Below, piece after piece: positions 61,360 through 64,000 of a stretch of 64,000 bases of DNA. Made by a program: the position numbers and the translations under genes. A model generated the notes under the pieces. That model was not told the origin of the DNA, searched no databases, and worked only from the letters and a program-made list of their open reading frames with translations. The first letter of the stretch is position 1. The number at the start of each line of letters is the position of its first letter. Origin of the DNA: Candidatus Poribacteria bacterium (GTDB lineage Bacteria; Poribacteria; WGA-4E; PCPOR2b); contig OZ242351.1 of NCBI GenBank assembly GCA_965208675.1, positions 512,001 through 576,000 on the forward strand. The letters are read 5' to 3'.

Positions 61360-63885
61360 TTGATCACACCCGACATTTATACCACGATAACGAGTGACTC
61401 GGTCGAACAATTGGCGCTTATACTTGCTAGCCGCGAGTTTACCGCAATCGAGCGGTTGGAACCTATCGCCGATTTTGAAGAAATAATTTCATTCACAACG
61501 GAAAATCCGACGCCAGTTGGACACTCTAATCGAAATCCGGTCTGGCGTCTAGAATCTGTTGCAGCAAGAATTATTGAGGCGGTTGCGGTTTCAGTGCATG
61601 AACCGGTGATACGGGATGCCGGCTGGAGAGTTCTTGCGCAGATTATCCTTGAGCACACAGAGTATCTCTACACCTACCACCATTCCCACAACCCACGCGA
61701 ACGACTCCAAGCGGGTGCAGCGCTGGCGCTTGTCAGCAGTCTTTGCCCGATGCTTTCGCAGAGCACCGCTTGGCGGCTCGCCGGGTTTGCGCGGATTGCG
61801 GAATCAATTCCCAAAATTGACGATGTCCCATCTTACGTGATTGAACACATAGATGCGGCGTTTGAGTTGGCGCGTGACCTTGATCTCCCTATATTAGGCG
61901 AGGCGATTGATCGCTACGGCACAACCATGAATCGAGATTTTTCTTGGGATAAGCGATTGCACTTTGAGCTCAGTGATGCCGAATTGTTCACTCATCTGAA
62001 TCTGTGTCATCCCGGTTTTGAGGAGGTTAAATCCGAATGGGAAAACGGGAATCTTCAAGAGGCAAAACTGGCTCATACGTCAGTGAAACAATCATTCCTC
62101 AATTGCAAAAACTGGGCTGACCTTTGGACATTGCCATATAGCCGCAGGGTTGCAGATTTACTGGAACTTGGGTCTGACGAGTTTCCCGATTCCGACGTTT
62201 TTCACCAAGAACGGCCGGCGGAGATGCGTCGTCGGTTTGTGAATGAATGCTCAAAGTTTTTTTCCGGCGGGCAGACCTACGCTGAAAGTCCCGCCGCCAT
62301 GTCCTTCGATATGGCAAAATCCTACCTTGAGCTCGCCCGATACTTTTCAGCCTATCAAGGACTTGACAATACAGATTTCCATTTGGAAACGAGCGCGATT
62401 GGAATTGCCGCGCTAATCTTCCCGGAATGGAGAGACCAAGAACAGTTTCTCAAACTCGCACTGCGGCGTTATAAATGGTTTCACGACGAGTGCGTCCTCC
62501 CGGACGGTCTCCAATGTGGCAGTATGAACACCGCCCACCATTTCGCAATTATTTGCCTTCTCAATTTTAATCAACTTGCACGCCGCTGCGGCATTCCTCT
62601 GCCTAAACAATTCAACCGGCGTTGTGAAATGATGATCGAGGCACTCATGTATCTCAGCCTACCGGATGCGAGTCGCCGTCCTTTAATTCAATCCGGCTCA
62701 GTGGATATGAATGTGAGCAAACTCTGTGATGTCGCCCACGCAGTCTTCCATCGAGAAGATTTTTTGTACATAGGGTCCGGCGGAGCGGCGGGACAGGCGC
62801 CTCACGAGACGTCCCATGCCTTTCCTTACACAGGCTATTATGTCATGCGAGACTATTGGAAGGCAGACGGTCAGTACCTAGTCTTTAATAGCGGCGATCC
62901 AACCTCTAAATGTCAACGCGGGGATAAACTCAACTTCTTTCTTTACGCTTACGGGCGGTCGCTGATTGTCGATTCAGGAGGCCTGCTTGTGGAGGATTGT
63001 CATTCAATCCGTAAGCACAACACCGTGACTATTGACGGTAAACGACAATGTCGTCCTTGGTTAAATAGTGCAGCACGGGTTCCAAACCCTGATAACAAGT
63101 GGCTATCGACACCATTATTCGATTTTGTCGAGGGTTGGCACAAAGACGGTTATGTACCTGGAGACGCGATCAACCGCAATCCACTTCTCCATCACAAACG
63201 ATCGATATTTTACGTTAAAGAAAAGGCACAATCTCGGTGCACAGTTCCAGCGGGGGGCGGATATTTTATCCTTCACGATTTAATCCTCGGCGATGGTGAG
63301 CATAATCTAGAACAGATTTTTCACCTCGCGTCCGTGAGTTGCAATCACATAAAGATGTATGACAACAACACCGTGCGCACAGTCGAATCAAATGTAAGCA
63401 ACTTGGTGGTCGCACCGGTTAGCGGCGGGCAACATCTGGATGTTCGATTGCACTGCAGACAAACTGAAACCGCCGGTTGCCCAACAGTAACTGAATTACC
63501 GCCTAGTGAGTTGACTTACATCGCAAAACGGTCCCTCCCGACAGTCATGAACACCGTTTTGTTGCCGCTTCGTCCGGGCGTGGAGACGGTTCCAGAGCTC
63601 CATAAGAATGAAGTGTCAACCGATCCGGATGTGCTTGCAACAGGATTCACGGTAGAACACGGCAGAACTACCGATTTCGTCCTCATTTCAGACGACGGGT
63701 ATACTGTCATGTCGACTGAGGATGTGGAGTTTGTTGGCGAATATCTATTCCTACGGCTTTGTGATAACGGGAAACTTCAGCGGGTAATGATTATCAACGG
63801 ACAGTTTCTGAAGTGGAGAGGGGATGTGGTGGTAGACCTTGCGGCACCGCGAACACATTATGAATCGAGTGCCTACGGAGAATAA
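61360..63885 (+). CDS. Heparinase II/III family protein (altered active-site motifs)
   Basis: LPDGLQ, AFPYTGYYVMR..W, DKLNF.LYAYGR.LIVDSG, HNTVTIDG, HKRSIFY. Confidence 0.8.
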   Translation: MITPDIYTTITSDSVEQLALILASREFTAIERLEPIADFEEIISFTTENPTPVGHSNRNPVWRLESVAARIIEAVAVSVHEPVIRDAGWRVLAQIILEHTEYLYTYHHSHNPRERLQAGAALALVSSLCPMLSQSTAWRLAGFARIAESIPKIDDVPSYVIEHIDAAFELARDLDLPILGEAIDRYGTTMNRDFSWDKRLHFELSDAELFTHLNLCHPGFEEVKSEWENGNLQEAKLAHTSVKQSFLNCKNWADLWTLPYSRRVADLLELGSDEFPDSDVFHQERPAEMRRRFVNECSKFFSGGQTYAESPAAMSFDMAKSYLELARYFSAYQGLDNTDFHLETSAIGIAALIFPEWRDQEQFLKLALRRYKWFHDECVLPDGLQCGSMNTAHHFAIICLLNFNQLARRCGIPLPKQFNRRCEMMIEALMYLSLPDASRRPLIQSGSVDMNVSKLCDVAHAVFHREDFLYIGSGGAAGQAPHETSHAFPYTGYYVMRDYWKADGQYLVFNSGDPTSKCQRGDKLNFFLYAYGRSLIVDSGGLLVEDCHSIRKHNTVTIDGKRQCRPWLNSAARVPNPDNKWLSTPLFDFVEGWHKDGYVPGDAINRNPLLHHKRSIFYVKEKAQSRCTVPAGGGYFILHDLILGDGEHNLEQIFHLASVSCNHIKMYDNNTVRTVESNVSNLVVAPVSGGQHLDVRLHCRQTETAGCPTVTELPPSELTYIAKRSLPTVMNTVLLPLRPGVETVPELHKNEVSTDPDVLATGFTVEHGRTTDFVLISDDGYTVMSTEDVEFVGEYLFLRLCDNGKLQRVMIINGQFLKWRGDVVVDLAAPRTHYESSAYGE

Positions 63886-64000
63886 CATGGAACGATTATC
63901 AACTCAACACGGGGTGCCAGCCCATGTTGTACACCGTTATTTTGAACACCGCGTTAATTATACTCCAGATGCAGCCAAGTGAATAATCCCCTAACATCAA

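Overview
Bacterial chromosomal window with about 36 genes, read with the standard code. I found no rRNA, tRNA, CRISPR array or intact transposase. The gene style (several PhyH-type dioxygenases, secreted proteins ending in a dockerin-like and/or YPNP FlgD-Ig/T9SS-like domain, heparinase, rhamnose isomerase, YCF48) suggests Candidatus Poribacteria or a related diderm, but this is inference only. The standout is a 16 kb locus (3.1-19.3 kb) with three ~1,350-1,400 aa paralogous exported proteins. Each has 29 colinear beta-propeller repeats by my count and no signalling or catalytic output domain. They are followed by an Asp-rich, Phe-terminated probable outer-membrane barrel. Also notable: a full-length P-type ATPase homolog lacking every catalytic motif, a heparinase II/III homolog with altered active-site motifs, four genes broken by single in-frame stops with no frameshift, an ECF sigma factor with a strong internal RBS+ATG, a lone CIRCE-controlled GroEL with a His-rich tail, a sigma54 promoter with tandem upstream sites before hsp20, and dispersed GTAG-REP-like palindromes. 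The rest is housekeeping (glyQS, trpD, lexA, thrB, priA, comEC, nnr, mrp, degP). All calls come from reading motifs by eye; no searches were run.
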